Assembly: GCA_002245135.1 (NCBI GenBank)
Contig: NGBS01000656.1
Coordinates: 1 to 36,320 of the forward strand
Origin: Proteromonas lacertae
Lineage: Eukaryota
Direction: 5' to 3'
DNA: 36,320 nucleotides
Shown: piece by piece, positions 22,556 to 34,961 of the stretch
How the letters are laid out: each line of letters starts with the position of its first letter
How positions within the stretch are numbered: the stretch's first letter is position 1
Translations under genes and position numbers: made by a program
Notes under the pieces: generated by a model
The model's input: only the letters and a program-made list of their open reading frames with translations
Databases searched by the model: none
What the model was told of the DNA's origin: nothing

Positions 22556-22628
22556 TAGCTGTACTGGGGTTCGAACCCGGAGGGGATGGGATGTTGGTAC
22601 CTTGTCTGCCCACTAGGGCATCTTGACC
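22556..22628 (-). ncRNA. tRNA-like sequence / Pol III A-box plus B-box (not a foldable canonical tRNA)
   Basis: The minus strand reads GGTCAAGATGCCCTAGTGG...CCGGGTTCGAACCCCAG with tRNA-like spacing. Acceptor and anticodon stems do not pair well. Confidence 0.3.
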
Positions 22629-22879
22629 TTACTTATGGATTGCTGATCCTAGTATATGTATTGTTCAGCTACAGTATTTAGTGAATAGATTCAGAATGAT
22701 TCCTATTCAATCTCCATTGGACAGATGATGGGGAATTGACCTTAAGAAAATGCTCATTAGCTTACCTCCAGTAACATCTCTAACAAGTGCTCAGGTAAGT
22801 TCCTACTTATCCTAAGCTTCCCAATCACGGTATCCACGTTTCTACGATTGCTTAGATGATGATGCTGTCCTCGGGAATG

Positions 22880-24090
22880 AACTTTACCTTCAGGAATAAA
22901 TAAACTAAACTGGTATGTAAGGAGCTTCCTAGTAGATGACTTACAAGGCTAATGGAACATACCTACAGAACCCTCCTGAGATTGTTTATCACGATCTTCA
23001 AGGCCTTTGAGAAATTCAGAACTAGCTGGAGCATCTTGGATTCAAGTCTTAGAAGGGCAATGAAACTTACCTAGGCAATGATCCTGTTCCTTGGCTTTGT
23101 AATGCAGTCTCTTGATGGAAGTTCCATGACTGTGTCAGGAGGTTCCTCCTTGAGTTACAGCTCAAGGAGGAACATCCCGTCCTTGCTATGATAGATGATA
23201 GTTGAATGTTACCTAGTTGATTAATAAGGACGATAAGACTTACCTTTATAAGGCTCCCAAGATTGATAACAATGATCTTCAAGGACCCTTGAGAAATTGA
23301 AGCCTAACTGGAGTGGTAACAAAGTTGTTGATTGCTTAAAGAGGTTCTGATAATGGTCCTTTAACTGGATGAAGATCTCCTGGTCTTGTTATTGCTCAAA
23401 GTGTAGTACCTCCCCTGATACGATCACCATGCATGACTACGTCCGAGAGAACTCCTCCTTACGGCTATGCCTTCAGGAGGACTTCTCTCGTCCTTGTCAT
23501 CATGGTGATCTCCTCGGTGAGCTCCTGGACAATGTAATTAAACTTTACCTAGAAGAGTTATAAGGACAATGAAGCATACCTAGGCAATGATCCCATGGAT
23601 GTTCCTTGGCTTTGTAATGAAGTCTCTCTTGATGGAAGTTCCATGGCTTTGTCGGGAGGTTCCTCCTTGAGCTGTAACTCAAGGAGGAACATTCCTTCCT
23701 TGATAGGATAGATGATAGTTAAACTTACCTAGGAGAGTTATAAAGCCATTGTAACTTACCTCTAGGAAGCTCCCGAGAATGCTTAATTATGATCTTCAAG
23801 GCCCATCCTGAAGCGTTGCTTCGTAATGAAAGCTGATAAAGCTTAATAGAAGTACCATCAAGTCGCCTTCCCAGATACGTCCAGCCGTGCATGACTGCGT
23901 CAGGGAATCTCCCATCGTGGGAGATTCCTTCCTTGCCAACACGGCTGTACTTCTCGGGAAGGTCGTGGATGAACTTATCTAGGAGAGTTATAAGGATGAT
24001 AAAACATACCTTCAGAAGCCTTCCGAGATTGCTAATCATTATCTTCAATCACCCTTGAGAAATCCACAACTAGCTAGAACCTCCAGGAGT
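22880..24090. repeat. Degenerate tandem repeat array (~500-bp period with shorter shared modules) containing small hairpins
   Basis: About 23055-23230 resembles 23565-23735; 23410-23470 resembles 23868-23960; (A)CTTACCT and ATCTTCAAG...GAGAAAT modules recur. Confidence 0.85.
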
Positions 24091-24158
24091 TACCATTTGG
24101 TAACTTGTTACCAATTGGTAACTAGTTAACAATTGGTAACAAGTTAACAATTGTAAAC
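24089..24158. repeat. Four tandem 18-bp palindromic units (consensus GTTACCAATTGGTAAC-NN)
   Basis: GTTACCATTTGGTAAC-TT-GTTACCAATTGGTAAC-TA-GTTAACAATTGGTAAC-AA-GTTAACAATTGTAAAC. Confidence 0.9.
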
Positions 24159-24248
24159 TCCCGGTTCCCCAGTTGGTTTCCACGATTCAATTAAAAGCCC
24201 TTACAAGGTCACCAGCGTAGCAAGGAGAGTCAAGAGCGTGATTAGATT

Positions 24249-24608
24249 CATCACCTCGAGGTGACCAACACTTCTAGATAGCTTCCAGGAGTCCCCGTAG
24301 GAGATCGTCTCATAGATAGGTATAGAAATAGCTTACAGCAGTCCCCGTAGGGAAGTAGACTCCGTAGGCAGTAGACCCCGTTAGGAGGAATCCCGTAGGA
24401 ACCTTACGTAAATGGGACCCTGGGACATTGTCACAGAGTTCTAACGAGTGTTCTAGGAGTCCGTCCCCTTCTAGATTCAGAGTTGACCTTTACGGGAGCT
24501 TCATCGATGCAAGGCCCCGTAAAAGTCAACTCTGAATCTAGAAAGGGACGGACCCTAGAAAACTCGTTAGGACTCTGGCATAATGTGCCAGAGTCCCATT
24601 TATATACT
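24249..24608. repeat. Right TIR of element B including the hairpin at 24409-24602
   Basis: Reverse complement of the left TIR, with an 8-nt deletion at the hairpin apex and a remodelled outer module. Confidence 0.95.
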
Positions 24609-24902
24609 ATATATAAAAAGTGTTATAAAAGAAAATGAATGTTCAAACTCGTTTGACATTTTAAAACCAAAAATCAAATTTACTCAATATATTGTGATGT
24701 TTGTGATTTATTACAAGATTATATTTCCTTTGTTTTTGTTTATTTTATTTCTGTGGTTGTTTGTTTAAGAATAAGTGATGTAAATTTCATTATTTTGATT
24801 TTGTAGTGAAAAACCCCACTTACCAACTCTTGCAATATTGCTTCTTCAACAAATGTTTCTTTTCCTTCCTTAGCATTAAAATCAATACGCCTGACTTTAA
24901 CT

Positions 24903-27632
24903 CTGGGTTGAATAATAAAGGGACAGGGCAGTGGCGGGACAAGGGCATGTCCCGGGCAAAAATTGAAAGGGGCGTCCTTTATACTATCTAAAAATAGAAA
25001 AGGGTACAATTTGCCCTTTTCAATTATTTTATTTATATTTTTATATTTTGTGCGATTTTAGGGATATTAAACGCTATAAAAATATTTATTCTTTTCATAA
25101 TTATGTATTATTATCTTATAACAATAACAAACAATAATATTTCATTATAATAATAGCCTTAAAAGTAAGGGCTTTGAGATCCTTCATCACTAGAACTTTC
25201 ATTTTCATCACTAGAACTTTCATCTTTATCACTAGAATTTTCATCACTTAAACCTTCATCGCTAGAACTACCAGAACTTTCATCTTCATCACCAGAACAT
25301 TGATAATCTAAAGTGTCATATGCTATATTGTTATCAATTTCATTCAGCACATCTAAATTATATTCTTCTTCACTAATATCATTATCATCTTCATTTCTAT
25401 CTTTTTCTTTGTTTTTTTCTTTTAATAAATCATATTTTATTCTTAAAATATTATTTATAGTATTAAGCTGTAATTTATTTCTAATATGATTATGAACTAT
25501 TCCCTCAATACTAAATGAACGTTCAATAAATGAGCTTGTGACAGGAATAGTTGAAAGAATATCATATAGCTTCTTAACATTTGGGTAAAAAACTCCATAC
25601 ATATTGTACCATATATTAGTTGATATCTTTTCGAAAATATATCTGAAGGGCACTTTTTGGAGTATGGTTTTCTTCTTTCAAAATGATATATCTCATTTAA
25701 TGCTTTCTGATTTAAAATAGGGCTGAATTTAGATAATATATATCTTTATATATTATCCTTCTCCATGTCTGAAAATTTATGTTTACTGTTTATGTCTAAA
25801 AATTCATATAGAGCTAAAATGCTGTAGTTTGCATGTCTAGTCTCTTTTTTTATAATGTCTTTAATAAGTTCTTTTTCACTTGATGACCTTTTCATTAACT
25901 TTCTTTTAATTTTGGTCAATATTCTGAAACCATCATTTAATGTAGATGAATCTTTGCATAATAAGTGTATATTTGTGGAAATATATTTTGCAATCTTGTA
26001 GCATTCTTTAATTTCTGGTATATCTTCTTCCTTTAATAATTTTATCTGTAATAAAATTTCTTTATTGAGTAATATTTTTCTAAATACATCGCTATAGCTT
26101 GACCATCTCGTATCACAACCCTTGCGTATTTGGATATTTTTTTGTATAATTGAATATATAGTTTCTCTAATCTTTTGATTATTATTTAACTTATGAATAA
26201 TGTCATTACACATGACTATCACTTTTTTGTATTTCTCTATTTCGAATACTTTTTTACTGATTAAGTTTAGGATGTGTGCTAAACATCCAAACTTTAATAC
26301 AGGTCTATTTATTTTTTTCTCTAAAATACTACTTATCTTTTTCATGGTGTAGTTGTTATCACTACTCACAGCAACAATGTTTTTAATATCTAGTTTATAC
26401 TTCACTAATGTTTGAATTATTAATTCCACTATATTTTCTGATGTTTCTCGTTTATGTAAATAAATGGATTCCAAAAACGAAATATCACTGCTTTTCTTTA
26501 TTGCCAAATTAATAACGTTTTCATTGGTTACTGATTTCCAAGCGTCCACAATTATACATATTTTACTGTTATCTACAATTTCCTTTACTATTCTTTCTGC
26601 TTCTTCGTTCATTGATGCTTTTATTTTGTTTATTGTTATTGACTTTGTAGTTGGATTTAATGCATATATTAGATTTTTAAAGGATTTAGATTGTATGGTT
26701 CTGAAAGCTAAGTTATTTTTTATAAGATATTTGGTCACCATTAAGTTTATTGCACGTTCATCATATCTCAATTCTGTAAGTTTTGATTGGATTAGCTTTT
26801 CACTACATCTAATTTAATAAATATAATAAATATATTTATACTTTTTGTAATGACGTTTCAAATTAGTGCAATGAGCAATAATCATTGCCTTGCACCTTCT
26901 GCATTGAATTCTGTTGTATTTTTCAAGGGGTTTCTTTAACACCACATCTTCATTAAAGTATCTATACACAGCATCTCTCGTTTTACCCATATACAATTGA
27001 AATGCAAAATGATAGCTCGAAATTCTCAAACCATTTTCTAAGTATTCAAATAATTGCTTGAAATACATTAAGTAGTATGCAAAATATACTAAATAGTAAT
27101 TTTGAAATAGTTTTTCTATTAGTTTATGAAATATATTATGTTATTATCATAACAAGTACTATTGATTATCAATTAACTGAAAATACCCATTCTATAGCTA
27201 TACTTCTTAATTATCTATATGATTATGTATAATATACAAAATTATTTATTATATAAATTACATTTATGTTCAGTGACGTCAATCACCTTGAAATGTACAT
27301 AATGTATATATATGCATATCAGAATATGATATACAGTATGTATATTCTATATAATTAGTATATATGCATAAACATATGATATTATATAATCATAAGAAAA
27401 GTAGATGACTATTATGTTATAATACACAATAATATATCCTTTTTAACATATGTTAGTATATCTAGATGATAATATGGAAAAGTTATAACAAAAAATCAGA
27501 AAAAATATACTACAGCATAACACATGCTAATATTACTATGCCCGAGCAGTAAGGGGCAGGCTTCTTTTCAGCTGAAAAAAAAGGGGCAAAAATAGGGCAA
27601 AATTCGAAAAGGACGCCCTTTATCGAACCCAG
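24903..27632 (-). mobile_element. hAT-superfamily DNA transposon, full length
   Basis: Termini CTGGGTT...AACCCAG, exact 8-bp TSD CTTTAACT (24895-24902 and 27633-27640), subterminal AAGGGC/AAGGGGC repeats and an internal transposase. Confidence 0.95.
25159..26990 (-). CDS. hAT transposase (BED zinc finger, DDE core, dimerisation domain), with short introns
   Basis: CRRC...NLKRH (BED), DAW, SDN, CLAHILNL, TRWSS and IPVTSSFIERSFS. Exons correspond to ORFs 26814-27068, 25746-26771 and 25159-25653. Confidence 0.92.
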
Positions 27633-27839
27633 CTTTAACTTCACTCATAATCGTTATTAATTTTCTCTTTTGTGGTACTTCCTCCAATTGATAATGAACT
27701 TCTAATAATAACGGTTTAAAAGGGTTGAATAACTGAGATATAAAGAATTATAATTTGATAGAATAGCCAATCAAATCACTCCAACAAATAACGAATGAAA
27801 TATGTATTAGTTTTAAATTATAAATATGATTTATTACTA

Positions 27840-30800
27840 TTATTTTTTTACAGTATTCAATATTGAAGATGGTTGTATATATTTTATAAAAAATTCCTGT
27901 TCATATATTTCTTTCTTAAATTCTGACAGATAGAATGTTTTATTAACCTTTCCATTAACTTCTCCTATACAAATGTCATTAAACTTAAATTCTGTTTTAG
28001 TATTTGATGGATTTATACTCACTATTCCATGTAGTTTAGTATTTCGATCTATTATTCGATTGAAGTGTGATATAAGATTTTTTGGGGCATTTAATTTTCT
28101 TGTAGAATTTCCTTTTGATGAAACAAATACATAATGAAAATCTAACCATCCCATTGTCATAGCTAATTTTATAATACATTCATCAATTATATTATTATAT
28201 CCTTCATCTATATCACTACTTATTTTTATTCTCTCATCACTTATAATATGAATAAAGCAGTTATTCATCAAATAAATCATTTCTCTATTTTCAAGAGTGG
28301 CTAAGTGAAGTATACAAACTCCTTTCATTTTAGTACAATATATATCACTATCGAATAATTCTTTAAACTTTTCAAATTCATTGTCTTCTATGTTTTCTAA
28401 AACAAGTGCAGTTCTAGTATCCTTAATAACTAATTTTTCTGTATGATATAAACAGTTGTAAAAAACTAGTTCTTCAAATAATAATTGAAATATATTACCT
28501 TCTTTTTTACTATCAATTCTGTTAAAGCGACTTTGAATTTCTTTAATGTTATTTGGTTGTGCTGTATGTTTAATACTATAGAAGATAAAATCAAATATTT
28601 CATTAGATATAAACTCCATTTGATTGTTATCGATAGAACGAAAATCAATATATGAATATTTCACCATATAATGGCATAATGTACTATCAAATGATGTAGT
28701 ATTTGTGGATGTATTTTTATTATTTTCATTTGATGAAGGTTCACTTAGATATCTCAATAAAAAATCCATATAACTAAGACCACCTATTATTCGTTTAATA
28801 CCTTTTGAATATAACTCTTCCCAATAATCTCTACCATAACATATATCATATATTGCAGCATAATAGATATGTCTTGGAACATTTCCATATTTACTATTGA
28901 ATCTATTCTTATATATTGAATATTGTAATTCAATTGGTAAACATTTTTCTTCCCATTCTTCAATTTCATCCTTAGTGAAAACATCCATATAATAATATAT
29001 TCGATTAAATTGTGAATCATTAAAATGTTTATAATTATTTATATCTGGTGAAGTAACATAGAACAATATTGAAGCATTTGTACTATCTGGATCAAGGTTA
29101 TATGAATCAGATATAGCTATTTCAGAGTGTTTTTCATCATTTTCTACTTCAATTACATTTTCTTCTTTTAATCTATACTTGTCATATTTTCTTTTCTTTG
29201 AACTTTTATGTACTGTTGCTGCAATTTTCAATTCACTTTTCTTTGTTTCATCCTTTTCTTCCAATTCTATCAATTCTTTATTCATTGCATTTTTCTTTCT
29301 TTCTATTTTTTCATTCAATTCAATGATTTTCTTTAGCAAGAATATAATAAAGGAGGTTTTACCACATCCTGGATTTCCTCTTAACAAAATTTTTAATGAA
29401 TATTGTAAATTTGTGTTCTTATCAAAAAACTGTTTCTTCACATACTCTATATAAGGTTCTATATTAGATTCTTTATAATCACTTGTTTTAAGAATAGGAG
29501 TAAATAATATATCATCTTCTCTTATACACTCATTCAATATTTCAACTATTAAATTACTACTTTCGTATTTTTCATCTTCGAATAATTTTTCCAACTTAGC
29601 AAATAATATATAATATTTTAATTCATTCCATATATCTTTATAAACTTGTCGGATATACACTCTCTTTTCAGGATACTGATATATTTCACAGTCAATACTA
29701 ATTGTATTATCATAATTTATTATTACTGGATTTTCAAATATTCTACATAAAGAATTTGTTTCTATTATTAGAATATTATAATAATATAAATATACTTTTA
29801 CAAGTTGAACAATGATATCTCAAATTTCCTTTAACATCTGTTATTGAATTATTTGCTGATATTAACTTTTCATAATACTCTTTTTCGGCATATTTAAATA
29901 AATTAGATAAATAATTATCAATATCATCATGGACTTTAGGTAATACTGACAAAAACACTTTGTTAGTATTTTAATCTAATTTTCTTTGAAGCGCAGAGAA
30001 TAATACATTTATATTTTCATCATTTATAGGAATTGGTAATTTAGATAATAACTCTTTAATATCATCATCAGTAGCTTCATTAGTGATAGGTAATATTGAT
30101 AAAAACTTATAAATATCATCTTTAGTAGGAACAGCTAATTTAGATAAAAATTCACTTCTATTAACTTCACTAATAGTGAAAGATAATCCTAATAGAATCA
30201 TATTAATAACTTCTTTACCAGCATCATGAGGTAATTCTAATAAAAACTTTTCTATATAATCTCTACTAGAATTAACGAGTAAATCTAATAATAAATCATT
30301 TAAACAGTTTCCTTCATTATTAAACATGCCATAATTTGATAATATATTTTTTATGCCATCTTTCTTAGCATCAACAAGTAGTGTTGATATGAACTTATTT
30401 TTATCCTCTTCAACAATATTAACAGGTAAATTATCTATAAACCTGTAAATATTATCTTTATTAGCATCTTCAGTTAAATTAGACAACAACATCTCTATAC
30501 CCTTCTTCTTAGCATCAACAAGTAGTGATGATATTAATTGATTCTCTTGATTACTGGTAATAGGTAAATTATAAAATGTCATTTCAATTTTCTGTTCATC
30601 AAATTTAATGTTTAAATCATTGAAAAACTTTTTCATATCCTCTTTAGTAATCTCAACAGGTAAACTAAATAATAAATCATCCAAATAGTCTATATTAACG
30701 GTAACAGTTAATCCATTTAATAACATTTCTACATCCTCTTTATCAGCTTCAATAGGTAAAGCTGATATTAATTTATTTTTATCATCTTCACTAATAGTGA

Positions 30801-33800
30801 TATGAAAATCAGACAGAATCTGTTCTATACTATCTTTCTTAGCATCAACAAGTAGTGATGATATTAATATGCTTTTATCTTCTTCATTAATAGTAATAGG
30901 TAAAGCATTAAATAACTTCTTTATACTCTCTTCATCAACTTCAACAGGTAAAACTGATATTAATTTATTTCTATCATCTTCACTAATTGTAAATCCCAAT
31001 TCAAATAACATCTTTTCAATATTCTTTACTTTAATAGTAACTTTCAATCCAAATAATGAACTACATAATTTCTCTTTAGCATCTTCAACAAGAACTATAA
31101 GTAATACTATTTCTTGATTCTGTTTATTAATAGTCAATTCTGATTTTAACTGTTTATAATAATCTTGATTATCAGAAGAAAGTGAGAGATATAACTGATG
31201 TTTATCAATAGGATTGCCTAATCCACGTAATATTTCATATAAGTATTGTTTAGTAGAATCAATAGGTAAAACTGATAATACTAAATCCATGAACTGTTTT
31301 GTAGGTAAAGTAAATCCAATAAAGTCTTTCAAATGTTTTACGTAATTACTTTTATCTTTGTTTAGTACCATACTTTCATCTATTTTTCTACATACTTTTT
31401 CAATATCGTTTATTATCATTTTATTCTCTTTATTCAACTCCAATTCATTACCAGGTTTGCTTAAATAATCTATAATACTTTTGTATTGATTTATAATTTG
31501 TTTTAAACTGTCTTCGCTATTCGGTTTTATGATAATATCTTTAAATTCATTAACCAACATTTTAATATCTGTTTCATTCTTAATTCTCTTTTTAAAAGGT
31601 TCTTGAATAAGTAAACTTGGATAAACTGTCGGTGTGTATTTTAATGTTGTACTATCATTATATCTTTTCATTTCAGGAGGAGTGGTAGTTATACTTGTTA
31701 AAACACTCAATAATTGTTTTTCAGTTATTTTTAAAATACTAATTCTAAGTCTTTTGGATTTTATAGAAATGATTATATCTTCTGGTATAATTTTCTCTCC
31801 ATTATCTTTTACAATTACTTTTACTTCAGATTTTATATCCCATTTATAATTCTTTTTCATTTCTTTTATCATTTCATCTTTAATATCTACTCCATACTGC
31901 CCAAAACCAGCATGACCAACTTCAAGTGGATGAGTAACTACATTATGTTCATATGCAACAATTATTATTTTAAATTGCGGATTACATTTGTTTAATTCAT
32001 TTTCAATATCTTCTAAACTTGTACTTGTCGATTTTAATTCATCTTTAATTAACTATAATAATAATAAAATATAATAAAATATACCTTAATAATTTCTCGA
32101 TCCATAGAATCTTTCTCTGAATCATTTAAGCAATTGTATATTACATCGAAGAAATAGTCATCCAGATTATGAAATAACTGTGAGTTAATTTCATTATTTA
32201 GTTTTAATTTTACTAATTCATTTGAATCATCAAGATCAAATATACTTAACAATTGAAGTTGATATTGAAATGATTGAATTACATCACTATCATCACCATC
32301 ATCACTTTCATAACTATCATCATCACCATCATTACCATTGTTATCATCTGTTTCTATTGTTGGTGAAGAGTTTAAATATGATTGAAAGGTTTGAAGATCT
32401 TTCTCTAGTTTAAACTTTAAATATGATTGGAGTATATAATAAATTGTGTATATATCACTCTTCAATGATTGTATTTCGTTACATATACTTTTTATTTTTT
32501 CTAGATCATTTTTAAATTCAGCAATTTGATTATTTAAATATGTCAATCTATCTGATGAATCATGTATTTTTATTTTGAACAAATCAATTATATTTTTCAA
32601 TTGATCAACTGATTCACTGTAATGTAATTCATCAAGTAATCCTTGCAGTTGTTTTTTAAATACTTCTGATTGCATTTGTAATTCTATTATTATATTTGAT
32701 TTATCTGGTTCATTTTGTATATCATTTAATTCTTCAATAAACATTTTATCCACTTCATTTTTCATGTTTAATATATTTGAATTTATATTATTTGGCTTTA
32801 CTGAATCTGGTAATCTATTTATTAGATTATTAAACATAAGTAATAAAACTTTCAATTTATATGCTTTAATCAGTATGGAAATATCCGTTTTTTGTTTATC
32901 ATTGATGTATGAAGTTGTTCGTTTAACAGATTTTAGATTTTCCATTTCTATTTTTAATTTCTTTATATATTCCATGAATTTATCTAATTGTATTCTTAAC
33001 ACGTCTTTTTTTAATATTTTCTTATTTTGGGGGTGTAATTCACTCTCTAATGCATCAAACTTTTGTTTATCACTATCCATAACTTTCAAGAATTCTTCTT
33101 TTCTAACATTACTATATATTTCAATCAGACTATTGTCAATGTCATTCCTACAGCTAATTTCATTGATTAAAAACTATAAAAAATAATAGTAATAGAATAT
33201 TATATACATAACTTTCACATAGGATTCTTTTACGCTTATCCATTTTGAATATTATATCTTCTTTATAATTAATTGGTATATAACCAAGTTCATATATTGA
33301 AATTTCTCGATCAAAGTCTTTTGGAATTAGCTTATCTGTAGGAGGATTTAATATATACTTTATCATCTCCTTCTTATAACGATCGTATATCATCTAATCA
33401 ATTATAATATTATATATATACATTCAGAAATACAATTACAGTATCATTTATAGAATGATTAGCTGAAATTGTCATTTGAACAGATGTAACACTGGATTTA
33501 GTGATAATACAGCCATCTATTGCTGGGAAATTATGAATTTCACTAAAATCAACATATAATGAATCAACTTTTTTCTCTTTGTCATCTTTATCACAGTATC
33601 TTTCACCATCTTCTGCAAGATATTGAACAAAGTCTTTCATATTGTCATGATAAGCTAAGACACCTTGAATATATATTATACTACTTTCATCAATCAACCT
33701 ATTTCTTATTATAATGTGCATCATTCTTTCAAACTTAAAACCATCTCCTTCATCCTCAAACAAATTATATAACTTTGCAAACTTTTCTTTACTATTAAAG

Positions 33801-34612
33801 CATCTTCTTAGAATTTCTCTTTCTATTTCCTTTGATATAAACTTTAATCTTTCTGGAACAAAATCTACTCTATCAGTATCATATATATAAAACCATTCAT
33901 TGTATGAAGGTGGTATATATGATGGTAAAATATCTTTATCTTCATTAAATATTCTATCATTAATTGGATGTTCGTATTCAATCAACTTATGTTTCCAGTA
34001 ATTTTTTTCTTCATCTGTGAATGGTAGTATATAGAATTGTACTGGAGCTCTTTTATTACTCATAACTTTGTATTTCTCTGCTTTTGGAGAAGAAACCATA
34101 ATGACTATCTCACAATTGCTGTAGTCATCTTCTTTAATGGGAATATCATCACTGATTATTATCGTTTTTCTGTTTGTATCAGGTAGAACTGTTGTTTCTT
34201 GATATTCTACACCATAAGCTTCTCGAAAATAATAAGTAGTTGTATTATTATTATCAGTACAAATTATAAATATATTATATTCCTTCAAATCAGTATCTAT
34301 GTTTAAACAGTATGCTAGAAAACAGCTGAACGTTGTCTTACCTAATCTATCATTACCATAAACCAAAAAACATTTTTGATATTTTGATCCATGGTTCTTG
34401 ATAAGACTCTTCATCTCACTGTAAATACGAATGAAGCAATCTCGAACTATAAGGAACGGATCAACATTAAAAAAAAAAGGCTTGTTATTGTCATATTTCC
34501 CATAATTTGGATTTATTTTCTTTAGGTTATTAAATCCCAATTTATAATCTAAGTTAATTAAACGCATACCTAAAGAAACAAATTATATAATTATCAAAGA
34601 AAGAATGAATAC
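27840..34612 (-). CDS. Large multi-exon Crinkler/RHS-type protein: P-loop NTPase + REase-fold module, coiled coil, helical repeats, then a second NTPase (+ degenerate nuclease) module
   Basis: Module 1: LVYGNDRLGKTTF, MVSSP...YK, GFKFE, NFPAIDG...VQMTISANH. Module 2: LLRGNPGCGKTSF, VTSP...YK, YGNVPR, LFEE. Most ORF segments end in AT-rich GT...AG introns. The junction near 29965 needs a frameshift or marks a gene boundary. The 5' end is uncertain. Confidence 0.7.
30030..31010 (-). repeat. Coding tandem repeats of ~33 aa (e.g. TISEDDKNKLISALPIEADKEDVEMLLNGL)
   Basis: TTCTTAGCATCAACAAGTAGTG recurs near 30362, 30506 and 30836, and the repeat is visible in the 633-aa ORF. Confidence 0.85.
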
Positions 34613-34912
34613 CTAAAGATACAAGTTATATAATTATCGCTTTTACTTCTTTTGATTGTTATTTCAAGATAATATATATTATTTGAAGTTGTGATTTTAC
34701 TTCTCGTATAATTCTCTTCAATCATTTTTGTTTTATTGTAGGTAAAAAAGTAATTGATATTTTATATATTTTTCATAACTATCGATCTTTTGCTTACATT
34801 TTACCCTTTAAAAGAGTAATTGTTTAACAGAAGTGAATATAAATGAATAGAAGTTAATGCAAGTGAATAGATAGAAGAAATGAAACTATTTATAAATGAA
34901 CTTAATGTTTAT

Positions 34913-34920
34913 AACAAACA
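34913..34920 (-). promoter_or_regulatory. TGTTTGTT Blastocystis-type polyadenylation-associated motif downstream of DDB1
   Basis: AACAAACA on the plus strand, ~40 nt past the stop. The same motif occurs at 25126-25133, downstream of the hAT transposase. Confidence 0.5.
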
Positions 34921-34961
34921 ATTGCAAAGAATAGAAAGAATGAAATAATTATCACAATATC

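Larger units (their letters stand above)
16790..24608. mobile_element. Hairpin-ended element B (7.8 kb) with ~365-bp terminal inverted repeats and no recognisable transposase
   Basis: 16790-17158 is the near-perfect reverse complement of 24249-24608. Ends are AGTATATAAATGGGAC and GTCCCATTTATATACT, with ATATAT on both flanks. The interior is visibly GC-richer than the flanks. Confidence 0.92.

Noticed and set aside
22556..22628. Amber suppressor tRNA explaining the TAG codons
   Set aside because: No CTA anticodon loop or paired acceptor stem can be drawn.
22880..24160. Possible CRISPR-like repeat-spacer array
   Set aside because: The sequences between hairpins are themselves homologous rather than unique spacers, the periodicity is irregular, there are no cas genes and the context is eukaryotic.
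10955..24602. Hairpins as integron attC-like cassette boundaries
   Set aside because: They pair as inverted termini with matching flanks and interrupt genes, rather than separating co-oriented cassettes. No tyrosine recombinase is visible.
16790..24608. Element B mobilised by the neighbouring hAT transposase
   Set aside because: Its termini and subterminal repeats share no similarity with the hAT ends, and B has no 8-bp duplication.
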